The notes: generated from the letters alone by a model not told the origin. Positions 39,535 through 50,411 are shown, counted from the first letter of the whole stretch. The stretch is 62,159 nt of DNA, filler included, from 8 parts of 8 records of this genome joined end to end with filler, not necessarily neighbours in it; one strand, 5' to 3'. Program-made: numbers and translations.

Positions 39535-40512
39535 TCAATACCGTATCCTCGGATCCAAAAAAGCGTAAAGAACGTCCACCAGGAGATTGGCGAACAAGAC
39601 CACAATGGCAATCAGTAAAAAGGATGCCTGCGCCAACGGGTAGTCGCTGTGGCTGACGGCAAAAACAAGCTCACGCCCGATGCCCGGCCAGGTAAAAACC
39701 GTTTCCGTCAGGGCCCCGCCGTTTATGGAAAACGCCAGGCTGAGGCCGATGCTCGTCACCACGGGCAGAGCGGCATTGGGTGCGGCATGATGGTCACGAA
39801 TATCTTTTTCCTCGAGCCCTTTTGCCCTGGCGGTAATAATGTAATCATCCTTTAACGTATCGAGCATGCTGGAACGCATCACCAACAAGTAGCTGCCGAA
39901 ATGAATGACGATCAATGTCATCAGCGGAAGGGCCAGATGATGAATCACATCCAGGGTTTTGGAAATCCACCCGGCATCGGGATCGATCCACACTTCAGGA
40001 GAAACCATGCCGGTGATGGGAAACCACCCAATCCTGTAAGCGAAAAACCAGATCATAATCAATGCCATCCAGGGAAGAAAAAGGGTGTGAAAAAACAAAG
40101 CCCCGATGGTCATCCAGGTATCGGTTCGTTCACCTTGGTGCCAGGCTGCAATTTTTCCGAGAAAAACACCGATCAGGGCTGAAATGAGAATGGATGTGGT
40201 AAAAAGCAAAATCGTGTTGGGCAGGCGATTCATCAGGATCCGTGCCACTGGTTCCCCGTAATGGAAAGAGACGCCCATGTTTCCGGTAACCATATTTTTC
40301 AGGTAGTAGAGATATTGGGTCCCGATGCTCTGATCTAGCCCCATGCTTTCCATCAGAAGTTGCGCGTCCTCAGGCGTCATGGAGGGATCCACCATCCGCT
40401 CGACCGGATCACCGGGAGCCGCTCGAAACAAAATGAACAGGACCGTCATGATCACGAAAAAGATCACGGCAATCTCGATCGAACGCCTTATGACAAATCG
40501 TTTAAGTCCCAT
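39535..40512 (-). CDS. Peptide ABC transporter permease (OppB/DppB-like)
   Basis: PGDP, TARAKGL and DPRIR motifs. Confidence 0.94.
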   Translation of the reverse strand: MGLKRFVIRRSIEIAVIFFVIMTVLFILFRAAPGDPVERMVDPSMTPEDAQLLMESMGLDQSIGTQYLYYLKNMVTGNMGVSFHYGEPVARILMNRLPNTILLFTTSILISALIGVFLGKIAAWHQGERTDTWMTIGALFFHTLFLPWMALIMIWFFAYRIGWFPITGMVSPEVWIDPDAGWISKTLDVIHHLALPLMTLIVIHFGSYLLVMRSSMLDTLKDDYIITARAKGLEEKDIRDHHAAPNAALPVVTSIGLSLAFSINGGALTETVFTWPGIGRELVFAVSHSDYPLAQASFLLIAIVVLFANLLVDVLYAFLDPRIRY

Positions 40513-40521
40513 TTTTCATTT

Positions 40522-40884
40522 TCAGTTCTCAGTTATTGGTTTCACCTGGCAGATCGACCAAATATTCCCGATCCCCTCCAGCATCTCCACCCAGCCTTCG
40601 AACCTGTCCGTACGAACGGCTTCGACAACGGAAGGCTTGTATAAAGGGATATAAGGGAGATCGCGGGCGATCAGCCGCTGCATCGTATGAACCATTTTCT
40701 TTCGTTTGGCCGGGTCCATTTCCGACAGGGATTGATCGGATACCGTATCGAACTCCGGGTTGCGATAGCCGCTCATGTTCCATCCCCTGGGCTTATCGTT
40801 CTTCGAGTGGAAAAGGTTCCTTACATAAGCCGGATCCAACCGTAGTCGTCCATACCCCAAAACGAAAGCGTCAAAGTCGTGATT
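40522..40884 (-). CDS. Peptide ABC transporter substrate-binding protein, 3' part
   Basis: WNMSGYRNPEFD...DLPYIPLY family-5 SBP C-terminus. Confidence 0.88.
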   Translation of the reverse strand, partial: NHDFDAFVLGYGRLRLDPAYVRNLFHSKNDKPRGWNMSGYRNPEFDTVSDQSLSEMDPAKRKKMVHTMQRLIARDLPYIPLYKPSVVEAVRTDRFEGWVEMLEGIGNIWSICQVKPITEN

Positions 40885-40984
40885 NNNNNNNNNNNNNNNN
40901 NNNNNNNNNNNNNNNNNNNNNNNNNNNNTTAATTAATTAANNNNNNNNNNNNNNNNNNNNNNNNNNNNNNNNNNNNNNNNNNNN
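40885..40984. other. Artificial contig spacer
   Basis: N run with TTAATTAATTAA. Confidence 0.99.
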
Positions 40985-41160
40985 GAGTCTTCGACGAAGC
41001 GATCTCGTATAATTGGCCGAAATAGCCCAGCTTTTGCCTTCGACAGTTTTTTTGTGTCCTTTGGAATTAAAATATAACCTTATTTCAGTATGTTGATATG
41101 ATGTCGGGAAAAAATGCTTAAGACTCTGTTATACTGATTGATAGGTAATTAGGGCGCTGG

Positions 41161-41922
41161 ATGGAAGAAATAACAAATTTGGATATGAACAAGATGCCGC
41201 GGCATTTGGCTATTATCATGGACGGCAATGGGCGATGGGCCCAGGCCAGGGGCATGAAAAGGCTGGATGGACACCGGGCCGGGGCCGAAACCGTGCGGGA
41301 TATCACCCGGGCCTGCCGAAAACTGGGTATTGATTACCTGACTCTGTACGCATTTTCCACTGAAAATTGGCAGCGTCCGCGTCTCGAAGTCGAAGGCCTG
41401 ATGCTGCTCCTCAGAAACTACCTGCAAAATGAACTCGATGAAATGCTGAAAAATGGCATTCGTCTTAAAACCCTGGGGGATACAGGCCGGCTGCCCCGGG
41501 CCGTAAAAAGTCTTCTTACTGAAACCATTGCCAAAACCGCCGACAATTCCGAAATGGTTCTTTCCCTGGCGCTTTCCTACGGCGGCCGGTCCGAAATCGT
41601 CAATGCCTGCCGAAAGCTGGCCGGAGAATGCATCAAGGGTAATCTGAAACCAGAGGATATTGATGAAGAAGCATTCAGCCGACGATTGTTCACGGCCGAC
41701 ATGCCCGATCCCGATCTTCTGGTTCGTACGGGCGGGGATAAAAGGATAAGCAACTTTTTATTATGGCAGATCGCTTACGCCGAACTATATGTCACCAATA
41801 AGGCCTGGCCGGATTTTAAGGAAGACGAACTGAAAAAAGCCCTGTTGGATTACCAAAACAGGCAAAGGCGCTTCGGAAAAACCGGCGAACAAGTCCTTGG
41901 TATTGAAAAGGAAAACGACTGA
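41161..41922 (+). CDS. uppS: Undecaprenyl diphosphate synthase
   Basis: IIMDGNGRWA, YAFSTENW and RISNFLLWQ. Confidence 0.97.
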   Translation: MEEITNLDMNKMPRHLAIIMDGNGRWAQARGMKRLDGHRAGAETVRDITRACRKLGIDYLTLYAFSTENWQRPRLEVEGLMLLLRNYLQNELDEMLKNGIRLKTLGDTGRLPRAVKSLLTETIAKTADNSEMVLSLALSYGGRSEIVNACRKLAGECIKGNLKPEDIDEEAFSRRLFTADMPDPDLLVRTGGDKRISNFLLWQIAYAELYVTNKAWPDFKEDELKKALLDYQNRQRRFGKTGEQVLGIEKEND

Positions 41923-42734
41923 TGCCAATTTCCTCCCATGCCAGCCGCTATCTCATTGCAGCCATTGCCGCGCCTATAATACTAAGCGTCCTTTTTCTCG
42001 CTCCTCCTGTCGCCCTTTTCCTCCTGGTCGCCCTGGTCGGTTTGTGGGGCTGGTATGAATATTATTCCGCCTGCCTGGAACCCGGAAGGCCGGTCCTGCT
42101 GGTTGTTTCCTGTTTGGGCTGGCTATTCATTTCCTCGGGCGCCTATTTCCTCGGGGCGCCGGGTTTGGCGGCCGGCGTCGTTGCGGCCATGATGGCGGGC
42201 GCGCTGTATTTCCTTTTCAATTACACAAAAATCGAAGCCGTAATCGACCAACTCGGCCGCTTTGCCCTGGGGCACCTTTATTTAAGCCTTTTTCTGGCTT
42301 TTATCATTTTAATGTTCGCGCTTGAAAAAGGATCCCAATGGGTTCTGTTTTCTTTGCTCGTAACCATGCTCGGCGATACTTTCGCTTTTTATGCCGGCCG
42401 CACCTTTGGCCGTCGTCCCTTATATCCCGCGGTCAGCCCCAAAAAAACCTGGGAAGGCCTGGCCGGAGGCATTCTGGCCGCCGGGGTCTTTGCTTCCATC
42501 CTTTCCTGGCTCCTTTTGCCCGCGATTTGGTACGAAGCCGGACTTTTAGGCCTCTTTCTCGGCTTCTGGGGGGCGACCGGCGACTTGTTCGAATCCATGC
42601 TTAAAAGATCGGCCGGGGTCAAGGACAGCGGATCCCTGCTAATGGGTCATGGCGGCATTTGGGACCGTTTGGACGCTATTTTGTTCAACGTGCCGGTCGT
42701 CTATTTTTTTGCGCTTTTCAGGTGTGGAGGATAG
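41922..42734 (+). CDS. cdsA: Phosphatidate cytidylyltransferase
   Basis: SPKKTWEG and DLFESMLKR...KDSG...HGG.WDRLD. Confidence 0.95.
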   Translation: MPISSHASRYLIAAIAAPIILSVLFLAPPVALFLLVALVGLWGWYEYYSACLEPGRPVLLVVSCLGWLFISSGAYFLGAPGLAAGVVAAMMAGALYFLFNYTKIEAVIDQLGRFALGHLYLSLFLAFIILMFALEKGSQWVLFSLLVTMLGDTFAFYAGRTFGRRPLYPAVSPKKTWEGLAGGILAAGVFASILSWLLLPAIWYEAGLLGLFLGFWGATGDLFESMLKRSAGVKDSGSLLMGHGGIWDRLDAILFNVPVVYFFALFRCGG

Positions 42735-42739
42735 TCCGG

Positions 42740-43924
42740 GTGCAACCGGTTAAAAGAAACATTTCCCTTTTAGGATCAACCGGATCCATCGGCGTCAACA
42801 CCCTGGATATCGTTCGTCGTTTTCCTGATCTATTCAATATAGTCGGTCTTGCGGCCGGAAAAAAGGCCGCCCTGCTGGCCGAACAGATTATTGAGGCAAA
42901 ACCGGCCCTGGTATCGGTATTCGGTGAAAAGGAAGCTGTTGAATTAAAAAAACTGACAGGCCCCGATATTGACGTGGAAATCGTCTGGGGCGATCAGGGC
43001 CTGTGCCGGGTCGCGGCCATGCCCGAGGCCGACACCGTGGTTTCCGCGGTTGTGGGAGCGGCCGGACTCAAGCCGACCTGGGCCGCCGCACAGTCCGGCA
43101 AACGCATTGCCCTGGCCAACAAGGAAACCCTGGTTATGGCCGGGGAACTGGTCATGGCTGAAGCCGCCCGCAAAAAAGCGGAAATCCTGCCCGTCGACAG
43201 CGAACATTCCGCCATCTTTCAGGCCCTGTCCGGCCAGAACCTGCAAGACGTCCGGCGGCTTATCCTTACCGCTTCCGGCGGACCCTTTCGAGACATGGAC
43301 AAAAAAGACCTGGCCGTCGTCACCAGGAAGCAGGCCCTGGCCCATCCCAATTGGAATATGGGCCCCAAAATAAGCATTGATTCAGCCACTTTGATGAACA
43401 AGGGGCTGGAAGCCATAGAAGCCCGGTGGTTGTTCGGACTTAACTGGGACAAAATCGCCATTCATATACATCCTCAGAGCATCGTTCATTCCATGGTTGA
43501 ATTTGTCGACGGCGCCCTACTCGCTCAAATGGGCATCCCGGACATGCGCGTGCCCATTGCCTATGCCTTGTCTTATCCTAAGCGGCTGCCCCTGGATCTA
43601 CCTTTTTTAAACTTGTCGAACTCGCCCGCGTTAACGTTTGACGACCCCGATCTGCAAAGATTTCCCTGCCTGGCCCTGGCCCTGGAAGCCGGACGAAAGG
43701 GCGGGACAAGCCCGGCCGTTTTAAACGCAGCCAATGAAGTAGCCGTAAAAGCCTTTCTTGACGGCGAACTGTCGTTTCCCGACATCGCCGACGTGGTCCA
43801 AAAAACCCTTCTTAAAAACGGCGCCGGACCCCTGGAAAACCTGGAACAGGTTTTTGAGGCCGATAGGTCCGCCAGGGTGCTGGCGCATGAAATTGCCTTG
43901 AGTATTGGAGGAGGTCGGCCATAA
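42740..43924 (+). CDS. dxr: DXP reductoisomerase
   Basis: LGSTGSIG, LANKE, PVDSEH and HPNWNMG; GTG start after GGAGG. Confidence 0.97.
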   Translation: MQPVKRNISLLGSTGSIGVNTLDIVRRFPDLFNIVGLAAGKKAALLAEQIIEAKPALVSVFGEKEAVELKKLTGPDIDVEIVWGDQGLCRVAAMPEADTVVSAVVGAAGLKPTWAAAQSGKRIALANKETLVMAGELVMAEAARKKAEILPVDSEHSAIFQALSGQNLQDVRRLILTASGGPFRDMDKKDLAVVTRKQALAHPNWNMGPKISIDSATLMNKGLEAIEARWLFGLNWDKIAIHIHPQSIVHSMVEFVDGALLAQMGIPDMRVPIAYALSYPKRLPLDLPFLNLSNSPALTFDDPDLQRFPCLALALEAGRKGGTSPAVLNAANEVAVKAFLDGELSFPDIADVVQKTLLKNGAGPLENLEQVFEADRSARVLAHEIALSIGGGRP

Positions 43925-45345
43925 TGGTGACCATTATTTCTACAATTATTCTCCTTGGAATACTGATTTTCGTTCACGAACTCGGCCATTTTCTAATGGC
44001 TAAACTCCTGGGCGTTAAGGTTGAAAGATTTTCCCTCGGTTTCCCTCCCAAGATGATTGGGAAGAAGATAGGCGAAACCGAATACATGCTTTCATGGATA
44101 CCCCTGGGCGGGTACGTGAAAATGTTCGGAGAAAATCCGGATGAAGAAGAATACGTTCCCCCGGAAGAGGAGCACCGCTCCTTCTCCCATAAACCGGCCT
44201 GGGCCCGCTTTCTTATCGTGCTGGCCGGTCCCGGTTTTAACTTTCTGTTCGCCTTCCTGGTCCTGTGGGGGCTATTTGCCGTCAACGGCGTGGATCGCTT
44301 CAAACCAGAAGTCGGCCGCGTGGCCGAAGGGACGCCGGCTGCCGAAGCCGGACTCGAACCGGGCGACCGCATAGTCGCCCTGGACGGCCGACCCATCAAA
44401 TACTTTGAAGAAATTCTGGATAAAGTGATGGAAGGCGCCGGCCAAACCATGCAGGTAACCGTGGACCGCGGCGGCCGAACTTTTACCAAGCCCATTACTC
44501 CCGGCAAATCTTTTCATAAGAATCTATTCGGCGAGGATGTCGAGGTTTACGACATTGGCATAGAGCCATACATGAGTGCGTACGTGGCCGAAGTAAATCC
44601 CGATATGCCCGCGTTCGCCGCCGGAATTCAATCCGGAGACCTAATAACAACCATATCCGGAAAACAAGTTCGCGACTGGTACGACGTCCTCGACCTGATC
44701 CGCGCAAGCAAAGGCCGCCAGGTAACCATCGGCATTCAGAGAAACGGACGCGACCTGACAGTCGAAGTCACTCCAAAGCTTGTCTCCGGACAGGATTTGG
44801 CCGGCGAACAGATTCAAACGCCCATGATCGGTATAGGCGGCCGGGACGAAAGAATCCTGGAAGAAGTCGGGCCGATCAAAGCAATATATTACGGGGCCGC
44901 CAGAACCTGGGAACTTACGCGTCTCACGGTTATTTCCGTGGTCAAGCTGTTCCAGAGAAAAGTATCCGTAAAAACTCTGGGCGGGCCGATCTTCATTGCC
45001 GAATTGGCCGGCAAGCAGGCCAAGGCGGGCCTGGTTCATTTTATTTCCCTTATGGCCTATATCAGCCTCAGCCTGGGAATTCTCAACCTTCTGCCGATTC
45101 CCGTCCTGGACGGAGGACACCTGCTCTTTTTCCTCCTGGAAATGATATTCCGCCGCCCGGTCAGTCTGAATATCCGCGAAAAAGCCCAGCAGGCCGGCAT
45201 GCTCTTTTTACTGCTGTTCATGGTTTTTGTCTTTTATAATGATATAGCAAGGATAGCCACAAGGTGGTCCCAGGAGTCAAATCCGACCCCCATTACGGAA
45301 CAAAATGAAAGCACTGGCACTGGAAACGTCGACGCTGCGCGCTAG
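43924..45345 (+). CDS. rseP: RIP metalloprotease with two PDZ domains
   Basis: HELGH and NLLPIPVLDGGH motifs. Confidence 0.96.
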   Translation: MVTIISTIILLGILIFVHELGHFLMAKLLGVKVERFSLGFPPKMIGKKIGETEYMLSWIPLGGYVKMFGENPDEEEYVPPEEEHRSFSHKPAWARFLIVLAGPGFNFLFAFLVLWGLFAVNGVDRFKPEVGRVAEGTPAAEAGLEPGDRIVALDGRPIKYFEEILDKVMEGAGQTMQVTVDRGGRTFTKPITPGKSFHKNLFGEDVEVYDIGIEPYMSAYVAEVNPDMPAFAAGIQSGDLITTISGKQVRDWYDVLDLIRASKGRQVTIGIQRNGRDLTVEVTPKLVSGQDLAGEQIQTPMIGIGGRDERILEEVGPIKAIYYGAARTWELTRLTVISVVKLFQRKVSVKTLGGPIFIAELAGKQAKAGLVHFISLMAYISLSLGILNLLPIPVLDGGHLLFFLLEMIFRRPVSLNIREKAQQAGMLFLLLFMVFVFYNDIARIATRWSQESNPTPITEQNESTGTGNVDAAR

Positions 45346-46021
45346 TGTCGCGATTGTCGCATTTGAAGGGGAGGAATATGAAGTCCTGGCCGAATCCAAT
45401 ATGCCGGCCGGTGAAACCCACTCCAAAACCCTGCTGCCCGAAATCCAAAGGCTGCTTGACCTGACCGGCCTCAAAATCCAGGACTTTGACTTTCTATCAG
45501 CGAGCATCGGTCCGGGCAGCTTTACCGGACTCAGAATAGGACTTTCCGCGGCCAAGGGGCTTGCCTGGGCCGCGAAAAAACCGCTTGTGGGCGCGCCTTC
45601 CCTGGATGCGCTGGCCATGTCCGCTCCTTTGGGCGACAGTCAGGTTTGCCCGCTTATCGACGCCCGTAAAGGCCAGGTCTACACCGCTTTTTACACCCGT
45701 GACGCCGATGACCAAAGCGGCCGCGCCATCCATAGGCAAACAGATTACCGGGCCTGCACGATTGAGGACGTCGTCTCTGAAATAAAAGCCAAAACCACCT
45801 TTTTCGGCGACGGCGCCCAAAAATATAATGACGATCTCGCGGCCGCACTGGGGCCGTTATATATCCGGGGCCCGGAAGAACTGGACTTCCCCCGGGCCGT
45901 ATTCACCGCCCTGGCCGGTTTCAACCTCTTTAAGAAAGGCGTGGAAACAAATCCCGCCCAAATAATCCCTCTTTACATCCGCCCGCCCGATATCAGAAAA
46001 CCAAAGCCGAAAACAGCCTAA
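45305..46021 (+). CDS. tsaB: t6A biosynthesis protein TsaB
   Basis: LALETS, GPGSFTGLRIG, IDARK and PLYIR. Confidence 0.95.
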   Translation: MKALALETSTLRASVAIVAFEGEEYEVLAESNMPAGETHSKTLLPEIQRLLDLTGLKIQDFDFLSASIGPGSFTGLRIGLSAAKGLAWAAKKPLVGAPSLDALAMSAPLGDSQVCPLIDARKGQVYTAFYTRDADDQSGRAIHRQTDYRACTIEDVVSEIKAKTTFFGDGAQKYNDDLAAALGPLYIRGPEELDFPRAVFTALAGFNLFKKGVETNPAQIIPLYIRPPDIRKPKPKTA

Positions 46022-46076
46022 GGGATGCATAATATTATAAAGAATGTATAAAAGGTATGGTCATTTCGAGCTACAC

Positions 46077-46176
46077 NNNNNNNNNNNNNNNNNNNNNNNN
46101 NNNNNNNNNNNNNNNNNNNNTTAATTAATTAANNNNNNNNNNNNNNNNNNNNNNNNNNNNNNNNNNNNNNNNNNNN
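46077..46176. other. Artificial contig spacer
   Basis: N run with TTAATTAATTAA. Confidence 0.99.
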
Positions 46177-46912
<736 letters not shown>

Positions 46913-46951
46913 TATTTAATGTCCCTTACGGGATGTTGATTTGAATATAAT

Positions 46952-46984
46952 ATTCCGCAGTGCTTCGGTGCTGCGGAATTTTTT
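46952..46984 (+). terminator. Rho-independent terminator after ahcY
   Basis: ATTCCGCAGTGC-TTCG-GTGCTGCGGAAT hairpin followed by a T run. Confidence 0.85.
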
Positions 46985-47214
46985 ATTTTAATACATTTCC
47001 CTTTACATTTGCCGCATAATAAGTCACTAACTCCCACCTCGGCGTGACTGGACGCATGCAAAGATCATATTCTTTTTATCTGGAAATCCACTTCGCTTTT
47101 CGAAGTTCTTATCCTCTACGTCCCAGAGATTATTAATATTCGGATTTATTTCCGCAGCACGGTTGCCGTCACGCGTGACCGTCAGATGCAGTCCTTTCAC
47201 CACTGGATATATTT

Positions 47215-48696
47215 GTGAGTTTTAAACAATTTTCTTTTGACCGGCGTATCATGGCCGGAATCAATGCTTGCGGCTATGAAACGCCGACCCCCATTCAGGC
47301 TAATGCCATTCCCGAAGTTCTCAAAGGTCGCGATGTAATGGGCCTTGCCCAGACCGGAACCGGTAAAACAGCGGCTTTTGCCCTGCCCATCATGCAACGT
47401 CTGCTGGATAATAAATTCTCAGGTCAGGGTCCGATTCGGGTATTGGTACTTGCGCCGACCCGTGAACTTGCCCTGCAGATTCATGAAAATTTCATGGAAC
47501 TCGGAGTTGAGGCTGGGATCCGCAGTGCCGCTGTCTTCGGCGGAGTTGGAGCCATGCCCCAGATTCAGGCTGCTCGCCGTTCATCCGTTATTGTGGCTTG
47601 TCCCGGACGTTTGCTGGACCTTATGAATCAGGGCGTAATTAAGCTGGACAAGGTAGACACCCTCGTTCTGGATGAGGCAGACCGCATGCTGGATATGGGC
47701 TTCCTGCCGGACATCCGCAGGATTATGTCCAAGCTTCCCAAGCGTCGCCAGAACCTGCTTTTTTCCGCAACCATGCCTGATGATATCCGCGACCTTGCAG
47801 ACAAAATTTTGTACCGCCCGGCAACCGTGCAGGTTGCGAATACCGCGCCGGCCAAGACGGTTGAGCATCTTTTTTACCCTGTCAGCCAGCACCTGAAAAA
47901 CAATCTGCTTTTTAGGGTTCTTGAGCAGACCGATTATGATAGCCTGTTGGTTTTTACCCGTACCAAGCATAAGGCCAAGAACCTTGCCCGCAGGCTTGCA
48001 GCACGCGGGCATAAGGCTACTTTTTTGCAGGGCAATATGAGCCAGAATCAGCGTCAACGCGCTTTGGACGGCTTCAGGGACGGTTCCTTCAAGGTTATGG
48101 TTGCTACTGATATTGCTGCCCGTGGTATTGACTGCGATCGCATCACTCACGTGGTCAACCTTGATGTCCCGGATACTGCAGAAACCTACACCCACCGCAT
48201 TGGCAGGACCGGGCGTGCAGGACGTAGCGGTAGTGCATTCTCATTTGTTACCCGCGATGATCTGCGACTCATGCGTGAGATTGAAAAGGCCGTAGGGTAT
48301 TCCATTGAGCATCGCACTCTGGAAGATTTTGATTATGATAAGCCCAACACCCATCCTGCCCCGGCAAAAAAAGGTGGCGGACGCAAACCTGCGGGAGATC
48401 GCAAACCTGCCGGAGAGCGTAGACCGGGAAGAGGACGTAAGCCTGCTGAAGCACGCAGTGGGGATGACGACCGCAAGACTGGAGAAGGCCGTAAAACCGG
48501 AGGCAGACGCAAGCCGGGTGGCGGACGCAAACCGAGCGGCGGTCCTGCAAAGCATTCGGATGAAAGACGTGATTCCCGTCCCGTCCCGAAACGTAAATCC
48601 GGTAATTCCAAAGGAAACACTGAAGATAATGCGAAACGCAAGACCGGAAGGCCTTCAAGGAGAAAACGCCGTCCGTCCCGCTTTTCTAAAGTATAA
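47215..48696 (+). CDS. DEAD-box RNA helicase (RhlE-like) with basic repetitive tail
   Basis: AQTGTGKT, PTRELA, DEAD, SAT and HRIGRTGR. Confidence 0.96.
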   Translation: MSFKQFSFDRRIMAGINACGYETPTPIQANAIPEVLKGRDVMGLAQTGTGKTAAFALPIMQRLLDNKFSGQGPIRVLVLAPTRELALQIHENFMELGVEAGIRSAAVFGGVGAMPQIQAARRSSVIVACPGRLLDLMNQGVIKLDKVDTLVLDEADRMLDMGFLPDIRRIMSKLPKRRQNLLFSATMPDDIRDLADKILYRPATVQVANTAPAKTVEHLFYPVSQHLKNNLLFRVLEQTDYDSLLVFTRTKHKAKNLARRLAARGHKATFLQGNMSQNQRQRALDGFRDGSFKVMVATDIAARGIDCDRITHVVNLDVPDTAETYTHRIGRTGRAGRSGSAFSFVTRDDLRLMREIEKAVGYSIEHRTLEDFDYDKPNTHPAPAKKGGGRKPAGDRKPAGERRPGRGRKPAEARSGDDDRKTGEGRKTGGRRKPGGGRKPSGGPAKHSDERRDSRPVPKRKSGNSKGNTEDNAKRKTGRPSRRKRRPSRFSKV

Positions 48697-48942
48697 TCAG
48701 GTGCTTTGCTTTTCGGACATGTGTTTTTTTATAGAGAAATAATTTATATTTGAAATATTTCCCTTGACTTTTGCATGGAAGTAGTAAAACTGTGTCTCTA
48801 GTTGCCAGCGGCCTCTTGGAAGGACGTTGGTTTTAGTTCAACAGGTATATCAAGGAGCAGGGTACGCATCTTGTACGCTGCCCTTTTTTTTATACCTGAC
48901 GCATTTGCGTGAAAGTTTATACATTTTTTAGGAGAATTTTTA

Positions 48943-49206
48943 ATGTCCAAGAACATCTATGTCGGTAACCTGCCCTGGTCTGCAACTGAAGACGAAGTCC
49001 GCGCTGCTTTCGAAGCTTTCGGTGAAGTTGTATCTGTTAAACTCATCGAAGACAGAGAAACCGGTCGTCCCCGTGGCTTCGGTTTTGTTGAAATGGAAGA
49101 CGCTGGCGCAATGGAAGCTATCGACAATCTGGATGGTAAAGACTTCGGCGGACGTAACCTCAAGGTTAACGAAGCGAAGCCCCGCGCACCTCGCCCCCGC
49201 TGGTAG
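48943..49206 (+). CDS. Single-RRM RNA-binding protein
   Basis: RNP2 IYVGNL and RNP1 RGFGFVEM. Confidence 0.96.
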   Translation: MSKNIYVGNLPWSATEDEVRAAFEAFGEVVSVKLIEDRETGRPRGFGFVEMEDAGAMEAIDNLDGKDFGGRNLKVNEAKPRAPRPRW

Positions 49207-49251
49207 TCAATATATAGTTTGACTGTCTTTTTTGAGCAGGCAACTGCTCTT

Positions 49252-49284
49252 AAGCCCGTTTTTCAGTTGGAAGACGGGCTTTTT
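49252..49284 (+). terminator. Rho-independent terminator
   Basis: AAGCCCGT...ACGGGCTT hairpin followed by a T run. Confidence 0.75.
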
Positions 49285-49376
49285 CTGTTTTCAGCCACAG
49301 TTCATTTCGTTATAACTTGCTTAGTTCCTTCATAAATATCATACGTATTCTAGCTGTGTTTTTCGGAGATTCTTTT

Positions 49377-50375
49377 ATGTTACGCAAGCTTATGCTGTTG
49401 TTTGTTTTATTTTGCTTACCGTCCACAGCTCTTGCCCAGTCTTTTCATGTGCGTGCATCATCTTTTGTGTCCATGGACGGTGAAACTGTTTTTGACGGCA
49501 AATATCTTACTGATGGCAACAGCACTACCGGGTGGATTGAAAATGGCGAGGGTAGCGGAGCCGGGGAATGGATTCAGTTCTTCTTCCCGGCGCAGGTTAT
49601 TGTTGATTCCGTACAGATTGTTAACGGTGTTGACGCCAGGGCTGAGTGGGGCAGGGTATGCCGGATTAAAGATGTTTCTATTTCATTTTCAGGCGGTCAG
49701 CGGCAGGAGTTTACCCTCCTGGATTCCGGCCAAAAGCAGAACCCCAGAATTCGTAAATTTCCTACAACCAGCCTCGGTTTGAATGTCCGCTCCGTATATA
49801 AGAGTGAAGGCGCTGGGCAGGCCGGAATTTCTGAAGTGCTTATCAAATATCACCGCATTACCCCGGATGAAATTGCGGCTGCTGCATCAGCGAAGAAGGG
49901 AAAGCTTGATACTTCCGCTATAGGCGAAGCCGTTGTGCTCAAGCCTCGTAAGATGAGCGTAAAAGAAAAGAAAGTCCTTTACGAGAAGATGAGTGAGCTT
50001 GAGAAAAAGCAGGTTGTGCTTGATGAAATGAAGGGCTTTTTTGATAAGTTTTATACAAATCTCGTGACCATTAATGAAGAGTATCCGCGCATGTTCACGC
50101 AGGATCAGTTTCTACTTGAAAGCTCTACTTTTGAAAGTTTTCGTTCCATGCTCAAAAAGCGTAAGGTGCTTGATAAATATGAGAGTGCTGTTGTTTCAAC
50201 TTCGGGCCTGCGGTTTAGTATCCGCACTTTGACTCCTACTCAGGTGGAGCTCTGGGTTAAGGGTGAATACACGGTCATTTTTGATCTGCAGTCCCATCAG
50301 ATTACAGAGAATTCCTTGTTCCATCTGAAAAAGGAATATGGAGAATGGAAGGTTAAGAATAAGACTGAGTTTTAA
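49377..50375 (+). CDS. Exported protein with discoidin-like (NADase-type glycan-binding) N-terminal domain
   Basis: Signal peptide; 'LTDGNSTTGWIENGEGSGAGEWIQF...IVNG...ISEV'. Confidence 0.7.
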   Translation: MLRKLMLLFVLFCLPSTALAQSFHVRASSFVSMDGETVFDGKYLTDGNSTTGWIENGEGSGAGEWIQFFFPAQVIVDSVQIVNGVDARAEWGRVCRIKDVSISFSGGQRQEFTLLDSGQKQNPRIRKFPTTSLGLNVRSVYKSEGAGQAGISEVLIKYHRITPDEIAAAASAKKGKLDTSAIGEAVVLKPRKMSVKEKKVLYEKMSELEKKQVVLDEMKGFFDKFYTNLVTINEEYPRMFTQDQFLLESSTFESFRSMLKKRKVLDKYESAVVSTSGLRFSIRTLTPTQVELWVKGEYTVIFDLQSHQITENSLFHLKKEYGEWKVKNKTEF

Positions 50376-50411
50376 TTTTGTGCGTGGAATTCACTTTCAT
50401 AGGAGTATGAG

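Noticed and set aside
40985-41006. GAGTCTTCGACGAAGCGATCTC at contig start, resembling half of a REP-like palindrome
   Set aside because: Truncated by the contig edge and too short to support a call.
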